Positions 36,944 through 50,060 of a stretch of 64,000 nt of DNA are shown here, piece after piece. The first letter of the stretch is position 1. Every line of letters starts with the position of its first letter. The position numbers were made by a program, and so were the translations under genes. Source of the stretch: Octopus vulgaris (taxonomy: Eukaryota); assembly GCA_951406725.2 (NCBI GenBank), contig OX597823.1, positions 111,042,001-111,106,000 on the forward strand. The letters run 5' to 3'. The notes below the pieces were generated by a model, which worked only from the letters and a program-made list of their open reading frames with translations, did not search any database and was not told where the DNA came from.

Positions 36944-37189
36944 CTCGGCGAAATCAGTGGTCACTCTCACGAATTCAACACGTCTTGTCGCTCTGCCCTC
37001 TCTGCTGGAACTGACCACATGTGCTTCCTGCCCATGCATGCCCCTGTCACTCTTCCGCCGGCCCCTGCAAACCTTACTGCAAACCTCATCTGCAATCCCC
37101 TCCACCAACACCACATAGCTCATCACAGCCCATAACACTACTAACACCACATAACGGTAGCAGGCTCGCTTGATACCTATCTACTGCAT
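36944..37189 (-). other. Candidate 246-nt exon in a GC-richer unique island
   Basis: Acceptor CTCTTCATTTCAG and donor GAG|GTAAGG; phase-0 frame is open except for TAG at codon 3. Confidence 0.35.
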
Positions 37190-37433
37190 CTGAAATGAAG
37201 AGACTTGGTGCAATAATTTGTAACATTTGAAGGGACCTGGTCATGTTGCAGATCGCCAGATGGGAACAGCTGGCCAACTCAGTGTTGTACACAGCACTGA
37301 CATTATAAGTGTTTGTCTTCTAACCCTGGTTATGGTTTGTCATTGATTTGTAACACTCTCATGAATTTAGCATGATTTCCTGCCGAGACAGCTTTCATAT
37401 TTCTAACCACTTAATATGTGTGTGTATGTGTGT

Positions 37434-37470
<37 letters not shown>

Positions 37471-37729
37471 GCTTAGCAATCATTTGTGAATGAATATGAA
37501 ATGACCTTATAAGTTATACTAAGCTTTTGATAATTGTTTTTGTTGCCTGCATAGTTGTGAGCATAAACACCTTCTTAGCCATGCCACTTCTGATGCAGGG
37601 AAGGAGGAGAGAGAAAGCTCCAACTGTGCTAAGACGGTACTTGTTTACATCTATGCAGACTGGAGCAATTGAAAATAAACTGTCTTGCTCAAGGAAACAC
37701 ATGCTACCTAGTCAAGGAATTGAATAGAT

Positions 37730-37790
<61 letters not shown>

Positions 37791-37886
37791 TAAATTTGTA
37801 GCATAATATATGGATTCATGGAATTGCGTGGTTATTACAAAAAGCTCTTTCAATGGACTCAGCTAGCAGACCACATAGTAATCCAA

Positions 37887-38204
37887 GGCGGCGAGCTGGC
37901 AGAAACGTTAGCACACCGGGCGAAATGCGTAGCCGTATTTCATCTGCCGTTACGTTCTGGGTTCAAATTCCGCCGAGGTCGACTTTGCCTTTCATCCTTT
38001 CGGGGTCGACAAATTAAATACCAGTTGCACACTGGGGTCGATATAATCAACTTAATCCCTTTGTCTATCTTTGTTTGTTCCCTCTGTGTTTAGCCCCTTG
38101 TGGGTAGTAAAGAAATAGGTATTTCGTTTGCCGTTATGTTCTGAGTTCAAATTCCGCCGAGGTCAACTTTGCCTTTCATCCTTTCGGGGTCGATAAATTA
38201 AGTA
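37887..38204 (+). mobile_element. SINE family B, young copy with a tandem second body
   Basis: GGCGGCGAGCTGGCAGAAACGTTAGCAC...GAAATAGGTATTTCG, then the body repeats. Confidence 0.9.
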
Positions 38205-38560
38205 GTTGAGTGTATGCTTGTGTATACAGGAAGAGAAGTTTTCATCCCTAATGTTTAAGATGTTATCAGTTGATTACATAACATTTAATTTTTTACTAAT
38301 TTTTCAGAAAAATACAGAGTTCATATTTAGCACCCCATCCTCTCTACTTTTGGGCTTTAGCAATAATTTTCCATTCTATTTGGGGGTTGCTTATTCTACC
38401 TTCTTTTAATGTCCATATCAGATTTGATAGGGATGTCACATGTTTTTTTGTTTTTGCCTCGGAATGTTGTGTTTACCTTTCCTTGAATGAGTTGCCCGTC
38501 ATTCCAATAAAAGATTTTGCTTTCTGTTACACACATACACACACACTCAAATACATACAC

Positions 38561-38661
<101 letters not shown>

Positions 38662-38703
38662 GAAGATTTCTCTTGATATATATATATATATATAATAAAT
38701 ACA

Positions 38704-38735
<32 letters not shown>

Positions 38736-38737
38736 CA

Positions 38738-38816
<79 letters not shown>

Positions 38817-38852
38817 ATATATATATATATAGATAGATAGATATACAAGTAT

Positions 38853-38937
38853 ATATTCTTTTCTACTCTAGGCACAAGGGCCGAAATTTTTGGGGAGGAG
38901 GGCAGTCAATTAGATCGACCCCAGTACGCAACTGGTA
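38853..38937 (-). mobile_element. SINE family B 3' fragment, third tail variant
   Basis: Minus strand TACCAGTTGCGTACTGGGGTCGATCTAATTGAC...CCTTGTGCCTAGAGTAGAAAAG. Confidence 0.7.
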
Positions 38938-38949
38938 TGAGTTTGTTAC

Positions 38950-39190
38950 TGTCTCTTTACCCTGACATCTTGTAATGGTTATGAGTGTCACTGTCATTCC
39001 AATTTTATATGACATGTCTGGTAATGGGAAGATATTTACATTACTTGAAAGTGGTAAGGGTTGGCAACAGGAAGAGCACTAGAAATCAGCTGACCCATGC
39101 AAACATGGAAAAGTAGACGTTAAGGGATAATGATAATGATGGTGATGATGATGATGGTGGTGGTGTTGAGGATGACAATGATGATGATGA
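38950..39190 (+). mobile_element. Degenerate SINE with RTE-type tail and (GAT)n
   Basis: GGTTGGCAACAGGAAG..ACCCATGCAAACATGGAAAAGTAGACGTTAA. Confidence 0.55.
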
Positions 39191-39480
39191 AAATATATGC
39201 GGCAGCATCATCTGCATCAGTTTGTGATAGCCTGCAGTAAAGGTCATGGCGACTACACCTCTCTCTTCTCTGGCAAGTTTAGCAATGAAAGAAATATATA
39301 TTTATGTTATATATCACACATTTATACACAATGTGTGTGTAAGTGTGTGTGTATGTGTATGTGGGTGTGCGTGTGTGTTAAATGAGATAAAGGTTTTGAT
39401 TTGGAAATGATACAAGGGGATGATATAAAAACAGTGAAAGATAGAAGTAGTATTATCATCAGTAAGAGATAGAGAGAGAA

Positions 39481-39514
<34 letters not shown>

Positions 39515-39781
39515 GGGGAGAGAGATTCAAAACATTAAGATATACACGCAAGCATATAAAACATATATTTATACATCTATATAGAATACACACAGACACA
39601 CACATATATATATACGTATACGTGTGTGTGTATACGTATACATATATATGTGTATGTGTGTGTATGCATATATATATATGCATATATATATATATATATA
39701 TATATATGAACATATCTGTATAAATACATACGCACACAAACATACATATATATACAAATACATACGTACAAATACATATAC

Positions 39782-39836
<55 letters not shown>

Positions 39837-39845
39837 TACATATAC

Positions 39846-39904
<59 letters not shown>

Positions 39905-40493
39905 CATATGTGTATGTATATGTGTGTATATATCTTCTTTAGTTGTTTCCATATATTTTCTATTCCTTTGTTTTTCAATAACTGACTCCAACATACAGGG
40001 AACTATATATGATTGTTGTTGAATAATTAATATAGTTCTGGCTTGCCTATAGTTTGTTGACCAGCCATCACTTTGTATTGTTTTCTAAGTCTCTTTGAAG
40101 TATACACACACACACTCACACACACACACACAATATTGAGTGCATAGGTGGGGATTAGAGTTTGAATATATTATTTACGACAATTGTACTTTGGCTAATG
40201 TGTGGTGGTGTTTTAATTTGTCATTGAAATACTGGCGAATCTCGATATTTTATTTTGCATTAGGTTAGAAATTATTTCCAGGGATTGAGAAAGAAAAAAA
40301 AAAAAGAAATTCAGTTGTTGGTTTCTATTGTTTAATGTTGGGAGTAAATCGGTAAGGGCTTTTTGATATATCTGAGAGACTGCTGCGTTTATTTTTCTCC
40401 CATCCTGATATACTACTATCAAATGATAGTCATGTCTTATGCTTCACCAATTAAAGCCACATATATAGAAAGTAGCAATGATAATGGATTAAA

Positions 40494-40885
40494 TCTCTCT
40501 ATATATAAGGCTAAAGTTGTCTGTGTATGGCAGGTTTGGTAGCCTTCAACTAACACTATCTCCTCCGAGACCCTGTAGCGCAAGTTGACCAAAATTGAGA
40601 GTATGATAGAAGAAGGCTTGCTCTTCCTTCCATAGACGAAAAAATTCAAATCGTACCATGTTAGCACCAAAAATTATTTACATCAAAAAGGTGCTTTTTT
40701 TCTATGAAAATCCCGATTTTTTATGAATTTTTGACTGCTGTGTCGCCATTTTTCGGTGTATTTCAGCCAGAAAAATGTTCACTTAAAGAGAATAACAAGC
40801 TACATAATGCAAAATTTTGGCTTTTCAAAAATTCCAATTCTAAAGGGTCGAAACAAACCCGAGCAACACCGGGCGATACTGCTAG
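40494..40885 (+). mobile_element. Non-autonomous Helitron
   Basis: A|TC 5' end, subterminal hairpin CCCGAGCAACACCGGG, CTAG|T 3' end, no TSD; second copy at 61299-61684. Confidence 0.88.
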
Positions 40886-41019
40886 TAAGCGATAATGATG
40901 AAAACTTAAGGCAGTAACTTTTAGCAATGGAAGAATGATATATCAGGCAATTAGTAGATAGTGGATACTGAATTATGTATCACTTTAGTAAAAATACAAT
41001 TCTAAAAATTTGCACTAGG

Positions 41020-41154
41020 CACAGGCATGGCTTTGTGGTAAGAAGCTTGCTTTCCAATCACATGGTTTCAGGTACAGTCACACTTCCTTGGGCTGACCAA
41101 ACCTTGTGAGAGAATTTAGTAGACAGAAGCTGTAAGAAGCCTGTTGTATACACA

Positions 41155-41202
<48 letters not shown>

Positions 41203-41517
41203 TGCCCCACCATTACTTGACAACCAGTGTTGGTTTGTTTATGTCCCTGTAACTTAGCCATTTCTGATTTACTCCCAACATTAAACAATAGAATCCAACA
41301 ACTGAATCTCTTTTTTTTTTGCCAATTACTGGGGAATAATTTCTCACCTAATGTCTTTGTAACTTAGCTGTTTGGCAAAAGAGACTGATAGTATAAGTAT
41401 CAGGCTTACAAAACAAAAAATAAGTACTGGGATCAGTTCATTCAAGTAAAGATTCTTCAAGCCCATGCCCCAGCATGGCCACTGTCTAATGAATGAAACG
41501 AGTAAAAGTCAAAAGAC
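41020..41517 (+). mobile_element. SINE family A, old copy with an internal insertion
   Basis: Diverged match; TGTAACTTAGC is duplicated around the insert. Confidence 0.7.
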
Positions 41518-42001
41518 TAAAGAATATGCTGTGGGGCAGAGAAGCTTGATGGTTTTTGTGGTCTTGTGGTTAGGATGCTGGGCTCATGTTTAAAAGGTCA
41601 TGTGTTAGATTCCAGTATGATAACTGACCACAGGATGAAATGGTTATGACTTGAATGCATTTAATCATGGGTCGTGTTGGTTCAGAGTTGACCTTGGGCT
41701 GGGCAGCATCATTTATAAAATTTTGGATGACCAAGTTGAGAGGGAGTGCAGTGATTACCCAATCAGAACTTATACCCAATTCTCAATGTTATTACAACTT
41801 ATGTCCTTGGTTACGTAACTTAACTATCACAGAGATTTTAAAACTTTTGAAATACCGATATTTCCTCTAAACCAAACTATGTACCACAAAGAAGTCTTAT
41901 TGTTATTGTTGATGTTGTTCAGCCTCATATTTACCTGAATCTAGAAGATGTATTCCAGGTATGACCATCACATACTTTATTTTCAGGACCAGTACATGTG
42001 T

Positions 42002-42308
42002 GAAGGCACATGGCCTAGTGGTTAGAGCAGTGGACTCACAGTCGAGGGATTGCACGTTCGAATCTCAGACCGGGTGATGTGTGTGTTTATGAGCGAAACA
42101 CCTAAGTTCCATGCAGCTCTGTAGAAGGTAATGGCGAAACTTCTGCTGATTCTTTCGCCACAACTTTCTCTCATTCTTTCCTCCTGCATTTTGCAGCTCA
42201 CCTGCGATGGACTGGCATTCCGTCCAGGTGGGGAACCTATAGGCCAAGAAACCAGGAAACTGGCCCTTATGAGCCAGGCATGGCTTGAGAAAGAACAAAC
42301 AACAACAG
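42002..42308 (+). mobile_element. tRNA-derived SINE family E2
   Basis: GAAGGCACATGGCCTAGTGGTTAGAGCAG..GTTCGAATCTC head as in E1, with a different tail (TGCGATGGACTGGC..GTCCAGG..GAAACC) ending in (AAC)n. Confidence 0.8.
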
Positions 42309-42727
42309 TACATGTAGCAGTCAAATAAGTCAATGTGTGTGTCATATTTTACGAGATAATTTGATAGAGATTGTCTCTAATTATTTTGAACAAGCATGTA
42401 GTTGCTCCTGTATTTAATCCATTATCATTGCTTCCTTGTTCGCTTATTGCAGTTGATAGCAAATAACATTGTACCATGAATGAGTGTTGAACACCAGAAA
42501 GCTGTTCTATCTGCCCTTGCTTAAATCTATTTCTAGCAGTATGGTTCCCATTCAGTACCATCAAGAATGGCTATACCAACAAGTAGATACTCCATTTACC
42601 TTTTGTGGATGCAATCTTGACCAGGAGAAATATATGTGTTGAAGACATTATTCAGATTTTAAATAGGGTACTGTGGTATACAGGTTTCAGTTTTCCCTTT
42701 TACCGAATGAATATGAATTTGACATTT

Positions 42728-43022
42728 GGTGGCATTGGTGGTGTTGGTGGTGGTGGTGTCAACAAAAGGGCTATGGCAATAATGGTAGTGATGGCAGTGG
42801 TAGTGGTTGTGGTGGTGATGTTGGTGGTGGTGGTGATGATGTTGGTGGTGGTGGTGATGGTGGTGGTGGGGTTGGTGGTGGTGTTGGTGGTGGTGGTAGT
42901 GCTGGTGGTGGTGATGGTGGTGGTGGTGGTGGTGGTGGTGGTGGTGGTGGTGGTGGTGGTGGTGGTGGTGGTGGTGGTGGTGGTGGTAGTGGTGTTGATG
43001 GTGGAGGTGGTGGTAGATGATG
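42728..43022. repeat. (GGT)n array
   Basis: Directly visible. Confidence 0.95.
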
Positions 43023-43107
43023 ATGTCCAATGACACTTAGATGTTTCAATCTTAAACTCTATAAGCTCAGTCACAATATTAGCTCAACTGCAGCACATGA
43101 ATGATAC

Positions 43108-43335
43108 AGAAATGTTAGCATGCTGGACGGAATGCTTAGCGGTGTTTCATCTGTCTTTACGTTCTGAGTTCAAATTCCGCTGTGGTCTACTTTGCCTTTC
43201 ATCCTTTCGGGGTTAATAAATTAAGTACCAGTTATGCATTGGGGTTGATGTAATAGACTTAATCCGTTTGTCTGTCCTTGTTTGTCCTCTCTGTGTTTAG
43301 CTCCTTGTGGGTAGTAAAGAAATAGGTATTTTCAT
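43108..43335 (+). mobile_element. SINE family B
   Basis: Family B match. Confidence 0.85.
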
Positions 43336-43867
43336 TTATCCTGCCCGCAGCAATTTAGTTTTAATGGCAGGGCATCAGAATGGCCACAGCTCTGAGACGA
43401 AACTAGAGAGAGAAAAAAAACCTCAGAAAGGATGACAAAGTTAAATTCGACATGATTTGGACTTAATACGTAAAAGGATACAACAAAACACTTCCAGCCA
43501 CATTGTTCCATACTTAAACAATTAAACCGGTCTCCTCTTTATTAGTTTTGATATTGTCACAAATCATACACACCCTAAGTAATGCATGACCAAAAGCATT
43601 TACAATGATGTAGTTTGTTTATGAAGGTGAACATTGTCCAAAGTATAGAAAATACTGTTAAACAGCATAACTGACTTTCAAACTGACCAACCCCCCATTC
43701 TGGCCTCAGTGCAGTAGGAGCTCTTGCATATTGAAAATATTGAGGACGGAAGATGTGAAACCTATCTTAAGGAGCTGAAACTGATAAAACAGTTGCTGGT
43801 AATGATGGTGGTTGTGCTGCTGCTGCTGTTGTTGGTGTCACATGATGATTAGAAAGTTGATGACGAT

Positions 43868-44957
43868 GTCAACAAAAGGGCTATGGCAATAATGGTAGTG
43901 ATGGCGGTGGTGGTGGTGGTGCTGTTGGTGGTGATTGTGGTGGTGGTGATGGTGGTGGTGGTGGTGGTGGTGGTGGTGGTGGTGGTGGTGGTGGTGGTGG
44001 TGGTGGTGGTGGTGGTGGTGGTGGTGGTGGTGGTGGTGGTGGTGGTGGTGGTGGTGGTGGTGGTGGTGGTGGTGGTGATGGTGGTGTTGTTGGTGGTGGA
44101 GGTGATGGTGGTAGTGTTGGTGGTGTTGGTGTTGGTGGTGTTGGTGGTGGTGGTGGTGGTGGTGATGTTGGTAGTGGTGGTGATGGCGGTGGTGTTGGTG
44201 GTGGTAGTGTTGGTGTTGGTGGTGGTGGTGATGGTGGTGTTGTTGGTGGTGGAGGTGATGGTGGTGGTGATGTTGGTAGTGGTGGTGATGGCGGTGGTGG
44301 TGGTGGTGGTAGTGTTGGTGGTGGTGGTGGTGGTGATGGTGGTGTTGTTGGTGGTGGAGGTGATGGTGGTAGTGTTGGTGGTGGTGGTGGTGGTGGTGGT
44401 GGTGGTGGTGGTGGTGGTGGTGGTGGTGGTGGTGGTGGTGGTGGTGGTGGTGTTGGTGGTGGAGGTGATGGTGGTAGTGTTGGTGGTGTTGGTGGTGGTG
44501 GTGGTGGTGGTGGTGGTGGTGGTGGAGGTGGTGATGGTGGTGGTGATGGTGATGGTGTTGGTGGTGGAGGTGATGGTGGTAGTGTTGGTGGTGTTGGTGG
44601 TGGTGGTGGTGGAGGTGGTGGTGGTGGTGGTGGTGGTGATGGTGGTGGTGATGGTGATGGTGTTGGTGGTGGAGGTGATGGTGGAGGTAGCATTAGTGTT
44701 GATGATGATGGAGACAGCCATGACAATAATAGTGTTACTGTTACTGCTGCTGCTGCTGCTGCTGCTACAAATGATGATAATGAGGAGGTGGGAAATATTA
44801 ACAGGGATGAGGATAGTTATGGTAATGACAAATGAAAATGATGAAGATGACAATAACAGCAATGAAGATTAAGATGATGATGATGATGATGATGACAACA
44901 GCAGCTATGACGACAACGATGACAGTGATGATAACAGTGACAGTGGTCATAGTGACA

Positions 44958-44989
<32 letters not shown>

Positions 44990-45056
44990 AATGATGACGA
45001 TGACGATGATGATGGTGATGATGATGATGATAACAGTGACAGTGGTCATAGTGACA

Positions 45057-45106
<50 letters not shown>

Positions 45107-45285
45107 AATGATGACGATGACGATGATGATGGTGATGATGATGATGATAATGACGATGACGACGACAACAAAGATGATGTTGATAATGACAATGATGATG
45201 ATGATGATGACGACGACATTGACGACTCAAATAATGACGATGATGATGATGATGACGACGAAAATGATGATGATCATGATGATGT
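43868..45285. repeat. Long (GGT)n array with higher-order units, followed by a (GAT/GAC)n array
   Basis: Recurrent GTTGGTGGTGGAGGTGATGGTGGTAGT unit; duplicated ATAACAGTGACAGTGGTCATAGTGACA. Confidence 0.95.
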
Positions 45286-45452
45286 TCCTGGCATTATATT
45301 AACAGAAAGCTATGTAATCTCTTAATTGGTTTGATATTTGATGTAAGGAATTACATTATATATTATCATTATCATTATTACTATTTTGCTTTATTGTTTT
45401 ATGTTTTCTTTCTTTATATATACACATACACACACACATATAACATATATAA

Positions 45453-45568
<116 letters not shown>

Positions 45569-45569
45569 A

Positions 45570-45610
<41 letters not shown>

Positions 45611-45673
45611 TTATATAAATTCATACATATATATACGTATATATATATATACATATATATATATGCATATACT

Positions 45674-45742
<69 letters not shown>

Positions 45743-46198
45743 TGTTTTATCAGAGAGTTCGACATCTGTAGATTTTCGAAACCCTGAACTCAAAGAAAAC
45801 GAAAAATAATATCTCCAAAAGAAACAAATAACAACAACAACAACAACAACCACATCTAGACAGTAACATACAAGGTAATAAAACAATAAAACGCAAAGAA
45901 AAGAAAAGAAAAGAAAAAAAGAGAGGGGAAAAGAAAAGAAAGAAGAAAAAGAGAGAAAGGCAAAGCAAAGAAATAATGAAATCTGTGAAATGAAATGAAA
46001 GTGAAAGTAGGTAAGAAAGCTATTTAGGATAATGATGACTTATTAAATATCAAATGAATCAGCTTCTGCTGTCTGTGTTATGATTTGCTTTAGCCTCTCT
46101 CAATGACTTTACACATTTTCATGTGTATCACCACATTCACTTTAGCGTACACCCATCTATGTTTGTGTATATGCATACATATATGTGTGTGTGTAGAG

Positions 46199-46256
<58 letters not shown>

Positions 46257-46285
46257 TTACATATATATATGTGTACATATATACA

Positions 46286-46329
<44 letters not shown>

Positions 46330-46339
46330 CATGAAGGTA

Positions 46340-46379
<40 letters not shown>

Positions 46380-46807
46380 GGCGCAGGAGTCGCTGTGTGG
46401 TAAGTAGCTTGCTAACCAACCACATGGTTCCGTGTTCAGTCCCACTGCATGGCATCTTGGGCAAGTGTCTTCTGCTATAGCCCCGGGCCTGACCAATGCC
46501 TTGTGAGTCGATTTGGTAGACGGAAACTGAAAGAAGCCTGTCGTATATATGTATATACATATGTATGTGTGTGTATGTGTGTGTATGTGTTTGTGTGTCT
46601 GTGTTTGTCCCCCTAGCATTGCTTGACAACCGATGCTGGTGTGTTTACAACCCGTCACTTAGCGGTTCGGCAAAAGAGACCGATAGAATAAGTACTGGGC
46701 TTACAAAGAATAAGTCCCAGGGTTGATTTGCTCGGCTAAAGGTGGTGCACCAGCATGGCCACAGTCAAATGACTGAAACATGTAAATGAGTAAAAGAGTA
46801 AAAGAGT
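46380..46807 (+). mobile_element. SINE family A, full length
   Basis: Family A match. Confidence 0.9.
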
Positions 46808-47739
46808 ATATATATATATATATATTTATACACACACACATGACACGGTGTGCTGGCAGAATTGTTATCAGGTTGGACAAAGTTATTAGTGGGTCTTTAC
46901 TTTCTGAGTTCAAATTTCGCTGAGGTTTGACTTTGTTGCATTTCAGCCTTTCAAAGTCAATGAAGAGAGGGTGTCTATGTCAGCAATAAAGGCATCTAAA
47001 ACAATTTGTAAAAATATGGTACCTGATGCCGAGCTAAACATGCTTCTAGGTCAAGGCTCTTCTTTGCTTTTCCTTCCGGTCCGTTATATCTTCCGCCTAT
47101 AAAATTCACTCACAAGGCTTTAGTCAGCCTGAGACTATAGCAGAAAACACTTACCGAAAGCGCCATTTTGTGGGACTGAACCCCAAAACATGTGGTTGAG
47201 AAGCAAGCCTCCTACCTACTCAGATATGACAAACCGAATTCCACCATGCCCACTCACTTCTACTTGTGTTGTATATTGAGGGTCAACCCAGATACCCCAT
47301 CACCACTATACTCATCTCTTTCCAGCCCAAACTAATCGCTCACAGAGCTCCTCTACAGCAAGAAATGTGTTCTTCTTTTACCCCCTTCACCCCTAGAATA
47401 GAGCTGCACTCTTCAGCAGTTTGACGACTTTCATAGCAATCTTGCTAGTTCTGATGGCTTTAAAATGCACACAGCAAATGCAGTAATGTGGTTAACATTA
47501 GGAAGAGCAACCAGTTGTAGAAAACATACTAAAGTAGACTCTAGATCCCATCAGATCCTTTCAAACTACCAAAGCCTTGCTAGCATCAAATACGAATGTT
47601 AAATGATGAAATGCATGTTGATAACCCAGAATTTGGGTTGAGAGCTTTTCTGGAAATACCCTGTGTTTATACCCGACCAGGACCTAAAATGTATATACAC
47701 AGACAACATCTATCTATACATATACATGCACAAATGAAC

Positions 47740-48148
47740 AGGAGTGGCTGTGTGGTAAGTAGCTTGCTAACCAACCACATGGTTCTAGGTTCAGTCCCAC
47801 TGCATGGCATCTTGGGCAAGTGTCTTCTGCTATAGCCTCGGGCCAACCAAAGCCTTGTGAGTGGATTTGGTAGACGGAAACTGAAAGAAGCCTGTCGTAT
47901 ATATGTATATATATGTACGTGTGTGTATATGTTTGTGTGTCTGTGTTTGTCCCTCTAGCATTGCTTGACAACCGATGCTGGTGTGTTTATGTCCCCGTCA
48001 CTTAGCGGTTCGGCAAAAGAGATCGATAGAATAAGTACTGGGCTTACAAAGAATAAGTCTCGGGGTCGATTTGCTTGACTAAAAGCGGTGCTCCAGCATG
48101 GCCGCAGTCAAATGACTGAAACAAGTAAAAGAGAAAAGAGTAAAGAGT
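47740..48148 (+). mobile_element. SINE family A
   Basis: Family A match. Confidence 0.9.
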
Positions 48149-48167
48149 ATACATACATACATACATA

Positions 48168-48740
48168 CCATAAATGCTCGAGTATAATCCACATTTTTTA
48201 CCCAAAATTTAAAGGTCAAAATCCCAGCTGCGTACTATATACGAGATTAAAAATGAAAATTACTTCCTAAGCAATGTCTGAGTCTCTGTTTGCTGTCCGG
48301 CAATGTTTATTCAGATGTATTTTTTGATGTCGGGTGCGAAAATACCTTAAGCTAAGCCTGAAAGCAATGAAGTCATAAAAGAATCTTCCATAACTTGCAG
48401 TAAGCAACATTTATTAAAATAAAAGTATTCAGAACACAGAATAACATGTAACAAAAACAATTTTATTTATTTTTCACTGATGTTATTACTGTTATTTTTT
48501 TATTTTCTGCAAACAAAATGCACAAAAAGCTACACTTTTGTATTATGTTATATATACAATAATAATAAAGGACGTTACCATATACATTTTTACCAACCAA
48601 GGACGTTATACAGACCTCCTTAACTCAAGTTAAAGAAGGGGTGTGTATTATACACAAGGTATAGGTTTCTCAGAGGTACAGCCCCCTATAAATTCCCTGC
48701 GTATTATACTCAAGGGCGGACTATACTCGAGGATTTATGG
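48168..48740. mobile_element. Non-autonomous pogo/Tc2-like DNA transposon
   Basis: TA|CCATAAATGCTCGAGTATAATCC ... GGACTATACTCGAGGATTTATGG|TA; subterminal GCGTATTATAC repeats; inserted in (CATA)n. Confidence 0.85.
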
Positions 48741-48763
48741 TACATACATATACATACATACAT

Positions 48764-48800
<37 letters not shown>

Positions 48801-49046
48801 TACATACATACATACATACAGACAGACAGACAGACATATTCAAAGAAAATTTAGTCAAGATGTTAGAGCACTTGAGAGAATGTGTTACTGTATTTATTGT
48901 ATTTACTCCCAATTTGAATTCTATCGAAGTTAAATTTTCCTTTAACTTCATTTGAAGTAGATGAGAAAGATTCCAGCCTAGAGTGATGGTTTACTACATG
49001 AACCATTTGAATGGTGGACAGAACGTCTTGCAGCATCAGTACTTAC

Positions 49047-49286
49047 TGCAACATGTGATATAACACATGTACGAAGCTGTTGCAGCTCAAAGGTGGCATC
49101 CTTTCCCTTTAATTAACATCGATGACATGGAGCAGGGAAACTTGCATGTTCGGCAACTGCAAGTTTTCCACCTCAAGAAACTTTGTCCAGGCTTGCAAAT
49201 ACAGTTCCAAATATATCGGGGCATTAATATGATATGATGGAGGTCATTAATATACAAGGGAAATTTCATCATGTAATGAAAGATGC
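49047..49286 (-). other. Candidate 240-nt non-coding exon with internal hairpins
   Basis: Acceptor TTTCTTTTACAG and donor GCA|GTAAGT; stops in all three frames. Confidence 0.35.
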
Positions 49287-49849
49287 CTGTAAAAGAAATC
49301 TATGATGTTATTCCACACACTCCTTCATTAGTGTGTCTGTTTTGTTTGTGTGTTAGACTTATGCCAGGCGGGGAAATATCTCAAATGGAGAAATATATAT
49401 GTGTGTGTGTGTGTGTGTACATACACACACATACACACACACATGCACATACACACACGCATATATATATGGAGAGAGAGGGAGACTAAGAGAGAAAGAG
49501 AGAGAGAGAGAGAAAGGGAGTGAAGAGGAGAAGAAGGTCTCTATTATTCTGCATTTGTGTGTTTAAATCACAGGTATTGTCAAAATTTTTACCATATTGA
49601 AACACTGTCATGAAGATTTATAAATTAATGAATGAAAAGAATGAAAAGAAAAAAAAGAATGAAAATAAGCAAAACCTTCTAAGTTCATTTTGATTATATT
49701 TGAAAGCACAGTTTTGATTAAATGGCAGGATTTCAAAATAATTGTTTGAAATATCTTGCTTGTGTTTCATATAGTAACTAATGCCATAATGTTTTCAAAC
49801 ATGCTAACTTACACTATGGAATTTCTAAAGATCCAGCTAGTTTATCAAA

Positions 49850-50060
49850 GCATCCTTCAAAACTTCCATGCTTCTTGAGATTCGCCAACACTACACCTGA
49901 TTTTCTTCCCTCCATACACACACAAGCATGTATCTGATTCATACACTGTTCACTCTCCAGACATTTTTACATTATTGCATATGCTTTATATGCACTTTTG
50001 ACAAGTTGTGGTGCACCTGAGCACTGTATACAATAATTTCATTATTATTATTATTATTAT
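49850..50060 (+). mobile_element. CR1 LINE extreme 3' end with (ATT)n tail
   Basis: CATCCTTCAAAACTTCCATGCTTC..CACCTGA matches 32320-32368; ends GTGCACCTGAGCACTGTATACAATAATTTC(ATT)n. Confidence 0.8.

Noticed and set aside
43849-45302. Poly-Pro/Thr/Val/Met/His ORFs resembling extensin or mucin
   Set aside because: Trinucleotide arrays open in several frames on both strands, with no splice or start context.
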